IMG/VR virus record: IMGVR_UViG_3300020079_000009
Strand: one strand, 5' to 3'
Source: a virus
DNA: 64,000 nucleotides
Position 1 is the stretch's first letter; the number at the start of each line of letters is the position of its first letter. The position numbers and the translations under genes are program-made. The notes under the pieces were generated by a model. It worked only from the letters and a program-made list of their open reading frames with translations. It had not been told where the DNA came from and did not search any database. Shown here piece by piece: positions 46,934-56,965 of the stretch.

Positions 46934-47165
46934 TAAATTCCATAAGGCTCTCTGACTCGCTTCAGAGAGCCTTTTTGATTTTTTATAAAAAATATGTTAT
47001 AATATTTATAGAAAGTGATAAAGAAATCAAAATGAGTGCGAGCGGTACTCAAGGCGTTAAAAGGTAAGCCTACTGGGCACCAAAGAGCTTATTTGATTTT
47101 TTTATAAAAATATGTTATAATATATATGTAAGATAAAGAAAGAACAATAAAGCGAGGTAGATACT

Positions 47166-48767
47166 ATGTTATTTAAGGAAGTTTTGGCTGCGGCCGATAA
47201 GGAACTGATTGAAGCGTGGATTTCTGACTACGCACTCGACGAAGTAAACTGTGGCGGCTCCAAAGCCTCCCTTGAGTACATTCTTCGTTATTGGAACTCC
47301 AATAAGGCTCGTCTGTTCAAGCTGATGGGCGAAAATCTCATTCTCTCCAAGGACATCACCGTTGTCAAGGAAGCCGGCGATATGGAGCGTGAGATTGGCG
47401 AACTGCTCAGCTTCCGTGAGGACGGTCCTTCCATGCGTCCTTTCTATATGAATCTGAGCAACTGCGTTGACCGCAACTGGCGTGAAATGGGCGTCAATCG
47501 TTGGTGCATCATGGACCTGTTCAGCTCTTACTACCTCGCTCGCAACAGTTATGAGGGCGACAGCTTCACTGTCAATGTGCCTAATGATGGCAAGCCTATT
47601 CAGGTTCAGCGTGGTTGCAAGCCAGTTAAGATTCTCGGCAAGATTGCACAGGCGTGGAATGTGGACGGCTTTGAAGAGTTCCGTCTGTGCCACTCTCGTG
47701 TATTGAACCAGAAGATGCTGAAAGGCGAACTCTGCATCTCTATCCATCCTATGGACTATATGACCATGAGCGACAACGATTGCGACTGGGACTCTTGTAT
47801 GTCTTGGCGTAATACGGGTTGCTATCGCCGTGGTACTGTTGAGATGATGAACTCCGAGTGTGTCGTGGTTGCTTATCTCCGTGCTAAGGAAGATATGCGT
47901 TTCTACGACAAGTACTGGAACAACAAGAAGTGGCGTCAGCTCTTCATCGTTCAGCCCGAGTGCGTTGTTGGTGTTAAGGGTTACCCTTACTGCCACGACG
48001 GTCTGGCTAACGAGGTTATCAACTGGCTCTGCGCTCTGGCTCAGAAGAACCTCGGTTGGGAATACAAGGAGCAGGTTTACACTATGGAACACGAAAACTG
48101 GTTCCAGGTGGATGGCGAGAATTGGAAGTTCCAGTTCTGGTGCGACACTATGTACAATGACTTCGGCTCTTGCTCTCACCAGATTCGTGTGACTGCTAAT
48201 CCGGAGAGTGTATATGAGCACAAGTACCAGTTCAACTACTCCGGTCCGGAAGTATGTATGTACTGCGGCCGTTCCGATGTGGACTTCGATGGTGAAGAGC
48301 CTCTGACTTGCAACAGCTGCTCTGACTATGTCTACTGCTGCTGCTGTGACAACCGCATCAACCCTGACGATGCAGTCGAAGTTGATGGTAGCTGCTACTG
48401 TGACTACTGTTATGACGAGCACGTCGCAGAGTGCCCTGTGTCCGGCAGGGAACATCACGATTCCAACTTCGTGACTCTGAATGTAATTCCGGACGACTTC
48501 CCCGAAGAGAAGCTGAATGACCGTGAGTGTCCTTACTCCGTTCGAGTTTGTCTGGATGATATCTATGACGACTTTAATGTGAGTGATGAACAGTTCAGCA
48601 AGTTCTTCACCATTGACCCTAAAAATCGTGAGTTCCATCGTTATGGTAGCTTCTGGCGTGAGCTGTACTATGTACGACTTGGGGAGCTGACCGAGAGAGG
48701 TCGAGAATTGTTCGACCTCTGTGATGAGGCTGATATGGAATGGTTCCTAAAGCATCATAAGAACTAA
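47166..48767 (+). CDS. large Cys-rich protein, paralog X1 of 53076..54488
   Basis: Shared blocks with X2: ISIHPMDYMTMSDNDCDWDSCMSW / FSVHPLDFLSTSENTYNWRSCHA, KKWRQLF / KKWRMLL, and C-terminal zinc-ribbon clusters. Class-2 promoter at 47097-47129. Confidence 0.5.
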   Translation: MLFKEVLAAADKELIEAWISDYALDEVNCGGSKASLEYILRYWNSNKARLFKLMGENLILSKDITVVKEAGDMEREIGELLSFREDGPSMRPFYMNLSNCVDRNWREMGVNRWCIMDLFSSYYLARNSYEGDSFTVNVPNDGKPIQVQRGCKPVKILGKIAQAWNVDGFEEFRLCHSRVLNQKMLKGELCISIHPMDYMTMSDNDCDWDSCMSWRNTGCYRRGTVEMMNSECVVVAYLRAKEDMRFYDKYWNNKKWRQLFIVQPECVVGVKGYPYCHDGLANEVINWLCALAQKNLGWEYKEQVYTMEHENWFQVDGENWKFQFWCDTMYNDFGSCSHQIRVTANPESVYEHKYQFNYSGPEVCMYCGRSDVDFDGEEPLTCNSCSDYVYCCCCDNRINPDDAVEVDGSCYCDYCYDEHVAECPVSGREHHDSNFVTLNVIPDDFPEEKLNDRECPYSVRVCLDDIYDDFNVSDEQFSKFFTIDPKNREFHRYGSFWRELYYVRLGELTERGRELFDLCDEADMEWFLKHHKN

Positions 48768-48865
48768 TTGATTTTTTCAAAAAAAAATGTTATAATATAT
48801 ATGTAAGGTAAAGAAAAAACCTTAACTCAAAATCAAAAAAAATTATAGAAAGAGGTACAAAGACT

Positions 48866-49279
48866 ATGACTAACGCTAAGATTACTAAGAAAGACAAGTT
48901 CGCAATGATTCTCGACATTCTCGCCACTTCCGACCATGCAGATGCTGATATGCTCACTGAGTTCGTGGGCAACGAGATTGCTCTGCTCGAGAAGAAGGCT
49001 GCTAAGGCTAAGGAAGCCGCTGCTAACAAGAAGGCTGAGGCTGACGAGCTCACTATCGCAGTTGAGAATGTTCTCACTGATGAGTATCAGACTATCGCCG
49101 AGGTTACTGCCTGCATCGAGGGCGAAGATGTGACTACTGCTAAGGTTGCATATCGCTTGAACGCACTCGTTAAGGCTGGTGTGGCTGAAAAGGCTGAGAA
49201 GACTATCCCTGGCGGCGAGGGCGTTAAGGCTCGTAAGGTTCAGTCTTACAGAATCGCACAGGTTGCTGACGCTGAGTAA
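48866..49279 (+). CDS. hypothetical protein, distant relative of the A-family winged-helix-like proteins
   Basis: Similar N-terminal MT.AKITKKDKF.. and EIALLEKKAAKAKE.. segment as A1-A3; terminator 49283-49322. Confidence 0.45.
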   Translation: MTNAKITKKDKFAMILDILATSDHADADMLTEFVGNEIALLEKKAAKAKEAAANKKAEADELTIAVENVLTDEYQTIAEVTACIEGEDVTTAKVAYRLNALVKAGVAEKAEKTIPGGEGVKARKVQSYRIAQVADAE

Positions 49280-49343
49280 GATTGGCGATTTGAGGGGACA
49301 GGGAAACCTGTTCCCTCTTTTTTAATTGAATAAGGAGGTTATT

Positions 49344-50750
49344 ATGTCTGGTAAAAAGATGTTTGCATTTTGGCTTGGGTGCATATGCATGTTCTTTACG
49401 ACATTGTTCCCAAGTTTGGACATTGCGTTCGCTGGGTTAAGTGGCGATGCAATTACAATGATTGGCATATTCATTGGTGCTATCATTATGTGGCTTTTTG
49501 TGGATGTAGGCTGGCCGAGCTTACTGGTGCTATTTTCATTGACGCAGTTGACTGATGTGACCATATCGATAGTAATGGCGAATTCATTGGGTAATAATAC
49601 TATTGCCTTCCTCATTTTCAGTTGCGCGCTGACATATGCGCTCTCCACGACTGGACTTTTGAGACGAATCGCATTATGGTTTGTTAATACACCAATAGCA
49701 AAGAAATCCCAATGGGCATTTGCGGCAATGTATTTCGTATCCATTTTGGTAATCGGAAGCTTCATTTCCCCGACCGTTTTATTCGTTTTATTCTTTGCTT
49801 TGGCGAAGGAAATTTACGACATTAATGGATTCCAAAAGGGCAACGCATATGCAAAGATGTTAATGATTGGTACGGCTATTATGACTTCAATATCTTGCGC
49901 GATGACTCCTATTGCTCACACCTTCCCGCTCATGGCGATTGGCTTTTATGAATCTGCGACTGAGGAAGTTATTAACTGGATTGATTATATGCTGATTGGT
50001 ATTCCAGCTGGATTGTGTGCGGCGGGGGCAACCTTTGGCGCTTTATGGTTAGGTTTTAGGAAACAAGTGGCTCATGTTCAAGTCGCTGCTTCTGAAAATA
50101 CGACTAAGATTACTCGAAAAGAGATTGTTGCTTTAATTGTTTTCTTGGTTGTTGTGGCAATGTGGATGGTCTCTGGTTTATTCCCAGATTGGCTTCCAAT
50201 ATTAAAAACTTGGACCACAACTGTTCCTCCTATGCTGGGCGTCATTGTTCTTTGTTTGTTTGGCATTTTGAAATTCAATGATGCAATGAAGAATGGCGTG
50301 CCTTGGACAGCAATTATTTTGTGTGCATCAACTCTTGCAGTTGGTAAATGGTTAACTTCTGCGGACCTCGGCATTACCGCGGCGATTGGCGAGGGTCTTG
50401 GAGCAATTATTGGTCAACCTTCAATGTTAGGTTTGATTTTTGCAATAGTATGCTTCACTGTAGTAATGACTAATTTAATGTCAAATATTGTTACGACTAC
50501 CGTTTCATATAATTTACTGACACCAATAGTAATTGCAACTGGAGTTATTTCGCCTGTTTTGTCTACTATCTTGATTGGTATGTGCGCATCAATGGCTTAT
50601 GCAACTCCACCAGCTATCGCTCATGTAGCACTTGCGGCAGGGTCTGAATATTGTGATTCCAAAGATATGTTGATATATGGTGGTATTGCAACGGTTATTT
50701 CGATTGTATTCGTTGTAGGTTTTGGATTCATATTTGGAGGTATTATATGA
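49344..50750 (+). CDS. polytopic membrane transporter (ArsB/NhaD/DASS anion-permease superfamily-like)
   Basis: RBS AAGGAGG before ATG 49344; ~12 predicted TM segments; hairpin-tip-like motifs ANSLGNNT and LMSNIVTT. Confidence 0.5.
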   Translation: MSGKKMFAFWLGCICMFFTTLFPSLDIAFAGLSGDAITMIGIFIGAIIMWLFVDVGWPSLLVLFSLTQLTDVTISIVMANSLGNNTIAFLIFSCALTYALSTTGLLRRIALWFVNTPIAKKSQWAFAAMYFVSILVIGSFISPTVLFVLFFALAKEIYDINGFQKGNAYAKMLMIGTAIMTSISCAMTPIAHTFPLMAIGFYESATEEVINWIDYMLIGIPAGLCAAGATFGALWLGFRKQVAHVQVAASENTTKITRKEIVALIVFLVVVAMWMVSGLFPDWLPILKTWTTTVPPMLGVIVLCLFGILKFNDAMKNGVPWTAIILCASTLAVGKWLTSADLGITAAIGEGLGAIIGQPSMLGLIFAIVCFTVVMTNLMSNIVTTTVSYNLLTPIVIATGVISPVLSTILIGMCASMAYATPPAIAHVALAAGSEYCDSKDMLIYGGIATVISIVFVVGFGFIFGGII

Positions 50751-51010
50751 TGAAACCAGAAGATGAAGCTATGTTGGACACTTTACGAATGACAATTCAG
50801 TTAATTGATACTGATATTTTGCATTTATTGGAGGAGCGCATCGACGCTGTAAAGCAAGTTGGTGCAATTAAAGAATTATATAATGCTCCTATTTATGTCC
50901 CAGAAGTAGAGAAAAGAAAAATTGAAGCTTTGGCTGCGGCCTGTAAGTATCCCGGTCTGGTCGAAACAATTTGGCCGGTAATTATGTGTTACGCTCGTAG
51001 CGTTGAATAA
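50747..51010 (+). CDS. chorismate mutase (AroQ class)
   Basis: LRMTIQLIDTDILHLLEERIDAVKQVGAIK..PIYVPEVEKRKIEAL matches the AroQ helix-1/2 consensus (R..ID..D..LL.LL.ER...VG..K...P..D..RE). Start overlaps the transporter stop. Terminator 51016-51045. Confidence 0.6.
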   Translation: MMKPEDEAMLDTLRMTIQLIDTDILHLLEERIDAVKQVGAIKELYNAPIYVPEVEKRKIEALAAACKYPGLVETIWPVIMCYARSVE

Positions 51011-51177
51011 TATAGAAACCCATCTCAAATTTTGAGATGGGTTTTTTGTTTCACAAAGCTGCTCCGGGCGCTGAGGGGCGTGCAAATCGTAAGGCGAGAA
51101 TAAAATTGCCATTGGGTAATTTTTATTGACTTTCTTACAAAAAAATGGTACAATATAAGTAAAAGGAGGAGTTTAAG

Positions 51178-51954
51178 ATGAAATATTGCTTAAATTGCAG
51201 ACAAGAAAAAGCATATCTCCAAAAGGCAGATGAAATTAAAGTTGAATTTAGAGATAGAAAGATTATTCCGGATTTAATTGATAATTATCCAGACGCAACA
51301 ATTATTTTAATGTGTTACTCTGGAGAAGAGATTAACTGGAATGATTGCGTTCGTTGGAATGTTTTAGCTAAAGGTAATTTTATTATGTGTTTATCTTCTT
51401 TTGAAGATGCTAAAGTATGTAAAGAAAAAGAATTAAAGTTTTATATTGGTTATCCAATTAAAACTTTTTATGAATTGAACGCTTTAAGAGATTTGGGCGT
51501 TTGTTATGTGCGCCTGGCCGAACCTTTATTCTTCCAAATGGATGAAGTTAAGTTGTTTAATATTCCTGTTAGAGCAATTCCAAACATTGCATTTACAGAT
51601 ACCTTTCCTCATCCCGATGGGGTTTGCGGCACATGGATTCGTCCGGAAGATGTAGATACATATGCTCCATATGTTGAAACAATTGAGTTTGAGGATTGTG
51701 ATAATCGCAAAGAACAAGCTCTATATAGATTATACGCAGAACAAAAGAGCTGGCCCGGAGATTTATCAATGGTTATTACAAACTTAGAATATCCAGCTGT
51801 GAATCGTATGATTCTTCCAGATATGGCAAGAAGTCGTTTAAATTGCGGCCAGAAGTGTCAAATGAATAGGCATTGTAAGATATGTTATCGTGCTTTTGAT
51901 TTGGCTGACCCGGAAAAAATTAGAGACTATATGGAAGCTACCGACCAATCTTGA
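51178..51954 (+). CDS. hypothetical Cys-containing protein (258 aa)
   Basis: Promoter at 51118-51150 (TTGACT-17-TGGTACAAT), RBS AAGGAGGAG. Confidence 0.45.
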   Translation: MKYCLNCRQEKAYLQKADEIKVEFRDRKIIPDLIDNYPDATIILMCYSGEEINWNDCVRWNVLAKGNFIMCLSSFEDAKVCKEKELKFYIGYPIKTFYELNALRDLGVCYVRLAEPLFFQMDEVKLFNIPVRAIPNIAFTDTFPHPDGVCGTWIRPEDVDTYAPYVETIEFEDCDNRKEQALYRLYAEQKSWPGDLSMVITNLEYPAVNRMILPDMARSRLNCGQKCQMNRHCKICYRAFDLADPEKIRDYMEATDQS

Positions 51955-52017
51955 TTTTTTATTAAATTTTTGATATAATATATATATAAGAATATGAAGA
52001 GAGGTAGGTTGTTGTGA

Positions 52018-53073
52018 ATGAGAATTTTACGAGAAAATGAATTGAAGACTTTTGAACAAATCGTATCTTTAAAGCAACCGGCTTTGAAAAAGGTAATGTC
52101 CAATTTCCTCAGAAAGAAGTATAGCAAGGTTATTGAAACCAAGGATTATATTGTTGCGGTTGGTGAGATTCCGATTGCTTTGACGGCGCATATGGATACT
52201 GTCTTTGACAAGCCAGTTTCTGAAATGTTTTATGATACTCGCAAGAATGTAATTTGGAGTCCTGAAGGATTGGGTGCAGATGATAGAGCTGGTGTGTATG
52301 CAATTATTCAGATTCTGCGTGCAGGTTACCGTCCTCATGTAATCCTTACCACCGATGAAGAAAAAGGTTGTTTGGGTGCTGGAGAACTTGCAAAATTAAG
52401 CTGTCCTTTTGAGGATTTGAAGTATGTTATTGAACTGGATAGACGTGGTACAAATGACTGTGTATTCTATGATTGTGAGAACCCTCAGTTTGTTGATTAT
52501 GTTGAGCAGTTCGGCTTTACTGAGGCCTATGGTAGCTTTTCTGACATCTGTGAGTTTTGTCCTGAATGGGGAGTTGCTGGTGTAAATCTGTCTATTGGAT
52601 ACCGTGATGAACACAGTCATCAAGAACTTTTGTTTGTAAGCCCTATGTTCGCAACAATCGAAAAAGTTAAAAAGATGTTGGACGAGGAAGAAATTCCTTT
52701 CTTCAAGTATATTCCCAGTCCCTACGCTTGGAATTGGAAAAACTGGAAGAAAGATGGGTGGGAAGAAAACTACTACTCTAAAGCGTATGGGTACGGTTGT
52801 TACTCCTATCCATATGATGATGAAGTCGTTTGTACGAAGTGTCATAAGACCTTCCTCGAAGAAGAAGTATTTCCAGTTAAACTCTTAGATGGTAAGACAG
52901 GCTGGTATTGTCCTGACTGTTTAGTTGATAATGTATCTTGGTGTAAATATTGTCAAGAGCCATTTGAGGTTGAACCTGGTACTGATATTAGTCTTGTGGA
53001 TGTTTGCCCCGACTGCGCAAAGAATCCAAAGCCTAAGTCCGATAAAAAGAAAAAAGGCAAGGGGAATAAATAA
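52018..53073 (+). CDS. M28/M42-family-like zinc aminopeptidase with C-terminal Cys-rich zinc ribbon
   Basis: Metal-ligand motifs AHMDTV, GADDRAGV, TTDEEKGCLGA; C-terminal CTKCH...CPDC...CKYC...CPDC. Confidence 0.55.
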   Translation: MRILRENELKTFEQIVSLKQPALKKVMSNFLRKKYSKVIETKDYIVAVGEIPIALTAHMDTVFDKPVSEMFYDTRKNVIWSPEGLGADDRAGVYAIIQILRAGYRPHVILTTDEEKGCLGAGELAKLSCPFEDLKYVIELDRRGTNDCVFYDCENPQFVDYVEQFGFTEAYGSFSDICEFCPEWGVAGVNLSIGYRDEHSHQELLFVSPMFATIEKVKKMLDEEEIPFFKYIPSPYAWNWKNWKKDGWEENYYSKAYGYGCYSYPYDDEVVCTKCHKTFLEEEVFPVKLLDGKTGWYCPDCLVDNVSWCKYCQEPFEVEPGTDISLVDVCPDCAKNPKPKSDKKKKGKGNK

Positions 53074-53075
53074 AC

Positions 53076-54488
53076 ATGGTTAATATTAAAGAAATCCAAG
53101 AGCAATTTAATAAAGTTATTTCACATTCTCAGGGCATTAATGAACCCCAAACTGACGAGCTTTTTAGCAGATGGCTTGAGGCTAAGAGAGACATTATTGA
53201 AGCGATGGATGGGCGTCTTATTTATACCATTCCACAAAAAGTCAGTTTTGAACTGAGCTATAAAGAGAAAATGAATCGAGTTAATGAGTTTATCGAGTCT
53301 GTTTCTATGACTTGGAGAAACAATGATTTGGCTTGTTTCATTGATGAAAATAAAGACGGTTTTTTCAGTAATGTTGTCGTTGAGAGTTTTACTGCGCCAA
53401 GGGGTGAAAAGATTCCGAAGGGCATGAAGCTCGTTAAGGCTTTTAAGTTCTTTGAAGATGACAAGATTACTTTGGAAGAAATTCAGAATCGTGCAAGTAT
53501 GATTATCCAAGAGGATAAGGTAGAAGGCTGGTTGTGTTTTTCAGTTCATCCTTTGGACTTTTTAAGTACGAGTGAAAACACATACAACTGGCGCTCTTGT
53601 CATGCGCTTGATGGCGAATATCGTTGCGGCAATTTATCTTATATGATGGATAAGTCTACTGTTATTTGTTACTTAAAGAGTGACAAAGACGATAACCATT
53701 TGCCGAATTTCCCAAGTGATGTTCCTTGGAACTCTAAGAAATGGAGAATGTTATTGTTCCTTAGCGATGCTTGGAATGCAATGTTTGCGGGCAGGCAATA
53801 TCCATTCTTTAGTGAAACTGCTTTAGAATCAGTATTGTATCACTCTATGAATGTGTTTAAGTTCCACGGACAGTGGAGTAAGTGGCATAATGATGAATTG
53901 CGCAACTTCAATTTTGCTGGAGATGAGGAACATGAAGATGAGATGTACTTCAGGAGTCCATATCTTCCAATTCGAGGGAGATTGTATCCTAAAGAAGAGC
54001 TGATTGAAGACTGTGAAAATCCGATGCACTTCAATGATTTGTTGAGAAGTTCTTGTTATATTCCATATTACTGTTGGAATAAATCATATTTCAGTGGTCA
54101 TAAAGAGATTCACTTTTTGATTGGTGGCGAAATTCCTTGTTTGCGCTGCGGCGAATATCCGGTCGCTCAGACAGATGATATGCTTTGTCGAGATTGCGAA
54201 CTCGAGTATGGGAGTTCTGAAGATGAAGCCTACATCACCTGCTCTTGTTGTGGACGAAGAATTTTATATGATGATTCTTGGTACGTCGAATCTTCAGGAG
54301 AAAATGTTTGTGAAGAATGTGCCAATAGAGAATGTAGAACCTGTGATAATTGCGGAGAACTTTATTGGAATAGCGATATAGTGTATGACAAGAAAAATCA
54401 TGACTATCGTTGTGAGCATTGTCACTCTGATAATGACGATAGACAAGAAAGGATGCAAGAGTTTTTTAGCTCATTGCTACCGTTCTAA
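53076..54488 (+). CDS. large Cys-rich protein, paralog X2 of 47166..48767
   Basis: See X1; coupled to the peptidase gene (stop/start 3 nt apart). Confidence 0.5.
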   Translation: MVNIKEIQEQFNKVISHSQGINEPQTDELFSRWLEAKRDIIEAMDGRLIYTIPQKVSFELSYKEKMNRVNEFIESVSMTWRNNDLACFIDENKDGFFSNVVVESFTAPRGEKIPKGMKLVKAFKFFEDDKITLEEIQNRASMIIQEDKVEGWLCFSVHPLDFLSTSENTYNWRSCHALDGEYRCGNLSYMMDKSTVICYLKSDKDDNHLPNFPSDVPWNSKKWRMLLFLSDAWNAMFAGRQYPFFSETALESVLYHSMNVFKFHGQWSKWHNDELRNFNFAGDEEHEDEMYFRSPYLPIRGRLYPKEELIEDCENPMHFNDLLRSSCYIPYYCWNKSYFSGHKEIHFLIGGEIPCLRCGEYPVAQTDDMLCRDCELEYGSSEDEAYITCSCCGRRILYDDSWYVESSGENVCEECANRECRTCDNCGELYWNSDIVYDKKNHDYRCEHCHSDNDDRQERMQEFFSSLLPF

Positions 54489-54655
54489 ATATGGGTATGA
54501 AATATATAATTGACGGCTTCAATTATCCTTATAGAGGAATTGAAGCGCAACGTCAAACTTCATATTGGTTGATTGCGGCGTTCTGGTTTGCCGTTTACTC
54601 AGTCAAGTTTGATGGTGTTAATATAATCAAGAGAAAGTAAAAGGAGAAAGAGCAT

Positions 54656-54976
54656 ATGGCAAAGGGTGCAGAAGCAAAGGCTAATGTAGTCAAGAAAATC
54701 CAAGCTGCTTTTGGAGCAGATTTTGTTGGTGAATATGATAAGAAAGTGTATGTGTGGGCACAAGAGAACGGCGAGAAAATTCAGATTGCTATTTCTATGA
54801 CCTGTCCTAAAAATCCAGTAGGTGCAGTTAATCCTGCAGCTTTAGATTTCGGTGGCGACCTTGATTTTGAAAATATGGGTGCGCCGGTTGTTGCACAGAC
54901 CTCTTTCGAGCCAGCTGAAATTTCCGATGAAGAAAAGCAGACTGTTGCAGATTTAATGGCGAGACTTGGTCTATAA
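54656..54976 (+). CDS. hypothetical protein (106 aa)
   Basis: RBS AAAAGGAGAAAGAG. Confidence 0.4.
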   Translation: MAKGAEAKANVVKKIQAAFGADFVGEYDKKVYVWAQENGEKIQIAISMTCPKNPVGAVNPAALDFGGDLDFENMGAPVVAQTSFEPAEISDEEKQTVADLMARLGL

Positions 54977-55155
54977 TTGAAATTTGGACGAAAGATAAGA
55001 GGTGTGTGAAGGGATTCACATACCTCTTTAATAGTTTTGGTTAGAAGTTAACAATTTATCTATAATGAATTTTATAGTATACAGGAGACAATTCAGCTTT
55101 GTCTTGACTTAACATAAAATTTATGTTATAATATAATTAAAAAGGAAGGAGTTTT

Positions 55156-56961
55156 ATGATGTCAGAGAATCTATTATCGAATAAATATAAAGACCGTAGT
55201 CCGATGGATACAGTCAATTTAATTAAATCATTTTTCGAGAATAGTGGATTTAAAATCGGACATACAATGTTCCAGACTGAAATTGGGACTTGGACTTGCC
55301 ATGTAACTATTTCTTCCAATAACTTAGAGGTTCTTGGTAGTAATGGCAAGGGTATGACTCAAGAATTCGCTTTGGCCAGCGGCTACAGTGAAATGTTCGA
55401 GCGTTTTTCCAATAAAGTAGGATATATTAACAATCCTTACTTCCAAAGAAAAATTAGAGCCTTGAGAGAAGACTATGTATATTGTCCAGAAGAAAAGAAG
55501 ATTGATGCTTATGATATGGTTATTGAGAATCATATTTTAGACCAATATTATAGAACATTCTTGAAATCTGATGAAAATATGAAGAAGTTCTTTGAAATCA
55601 ATTATCCTGATGGCGCAATCGGCGTTCCTTTTACAAGCGTTTCTGACCCCACAAAGGTTAAGTATTTAGACCCAAGTATTATGCAGCGTGCTACTGGTAG
55701 TAATGGTATGGCGGCTGGTAATACAGAAGAAGAAGCTTTGAATCAAGGTTTGTCCGAGCTTTTTGAGCGCAAGGGAACTGTATTATTTTATAGTCAGCCA
55801 CAAGAGCATTATCGTGCGGTTGACCTTGAAACAATTACAAGAGAAGATTTTAGAGAAGCAGTAAGTAATATCGTTAATCGAGAGTTTGATTTTATTGTTA
55901 TGGATTTATCCCATAATTTTGGCATGCCAGTATTAGCTGGTTTGTTAATTGATAAAATTGGTTGTAATTGCCGTGTAAACTTCAGTGCCTTTCCAGTTTT
56001 TGATATCGCATTTGAAAGAATTTTAACTGAGTTATATCAAGGTATTGATAATATGAGAATGTATTGCTCTGGTTTTGAAGTTCCTGCAAAAACAAATAAA
56101 GCATCTTTTGTTTTGAATTTCTATGGAAACAATTATTCTCAAGCTAATTATATTCATGATGAATTTATTACTGAAAAAGTAGAGTATGTTCCTTATGATG
56201 TTTTGGCATATGAAAGTAAAGTGTTCGTAAATCCTGATAGTACAAATGTGAATTTATTGGATTACTATAAAAAGCTCTCCAAAGATTTGGGTTATGAATT
56301 CTTTTATTATAATTGCAGTCCTATCCCAAATGAGATGGCAGCTGTTTATATTTTAGGACCAGATTTTTGTTCTATTGAACAAATTCGTGAAAAGAATGCT
56401 CGTTTCATTAGTCCTATTATTGTTCAAGCATTGCTTATAATGTTTGAAAGAATGCAAAATTTAACCTCTTTAATTTGTGACTTAACTGACCATATTGGTG
56501 ACCAAGAGTATTATGATAAGCTTTATAATGAGTATAACTTATTTAGAAACTTATCTGCTAATACAAATGATTATGAACATTTTGGCGATTTATTATTGTC
56601 AACTTATGATAGCTGTCTGTTTAATGGAGAAGGTATTTCACCAATGTTCTCTGTTGAGCAAATGTTAAATAATGGAAATAATGGTCAAATTCCAACTGTT
56701 AATCCAAAGAGTTATCTTTATGGCATCCAGAAATTATATGCTTCTATTATGGTATATAAGTGTAATGGATACAGCAATAAAGAGATTAAAGATATTTTCA
56801 AAACTTTGTTTGGTACAGAATTAACTTATCCTCAAATTGAAGATGTACCTAATATGGACATTGCATTGATGGATTGTTATTTCTATCCAACTTCTGCCTT
56901 TTACAATAGTGATATTTACGATAATATTGTAAAAGCATATTTTAGCGTAAAGGAGGAGTAA
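55156..56961 (+). CDS. YcaO-domain protein (azoline-forming cyclodehydratase / thioamidation family)
   Basis: Signature GSNGKGMTQEFALASGYSEMFERFSN matches the YcaO ATP-binding motif (GKG...A..SA..E..ER). Size 601 aa. Promoter TTGACT-18-TATAAT at 55105-55134. Confidence 0.75.
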   Translation: MMSENLLSNKYKDRSPMDTVNLIKSFFENSGFKIGHTMFQTEIGTWTCHVTISSNNLEVLGSNGKGMTQEFALASGYSEMFERFSNKVGYINNPYFQRKIRALREDYVYCPEEKKIDAYDMVIENHILDQYYRTFLKSDENMKKFFEINYPDGAIGVPFTSVSDPTKVKYLDPSIMQRATGSNGMAAGNTEEEALNQGLSELFERKGTVLFYSQPQEHYRAVDLETITREDFREAVSNIVNREFDFIVMDLSHNFGMPVLAGLLIDKIGCNCRVNFSAFPVFDIAFERILTELYQGIDNMRMYCSGFEVPAKTNKASFVLNFYGNNYSQANYIHDEFITEKVEYVPYDVLAYESKVFVNPDSTNVNLLDYYKKLSKDLGYEFFYYNCSPIPNEMAAVYILGPDFCSIEQIREKNARFISPIIVQALLIMFERMQNLTSLICDLTDHIGDQEYYDKLYNEYNLFRNLSANTNDYEHFGDLLLSTYDSCLFNGEGISPMFSVEQMLNNGNNGQIPTVNPKSYLYGIQKLYASIMVYKCNGYSNKEIKDIFKTLFGTELTYPQIEDVPNMDIALMDCYFYPTSAFYNSDIYDNIVKAYFSVKEE

Positions 56962-56965
56962 CAGT

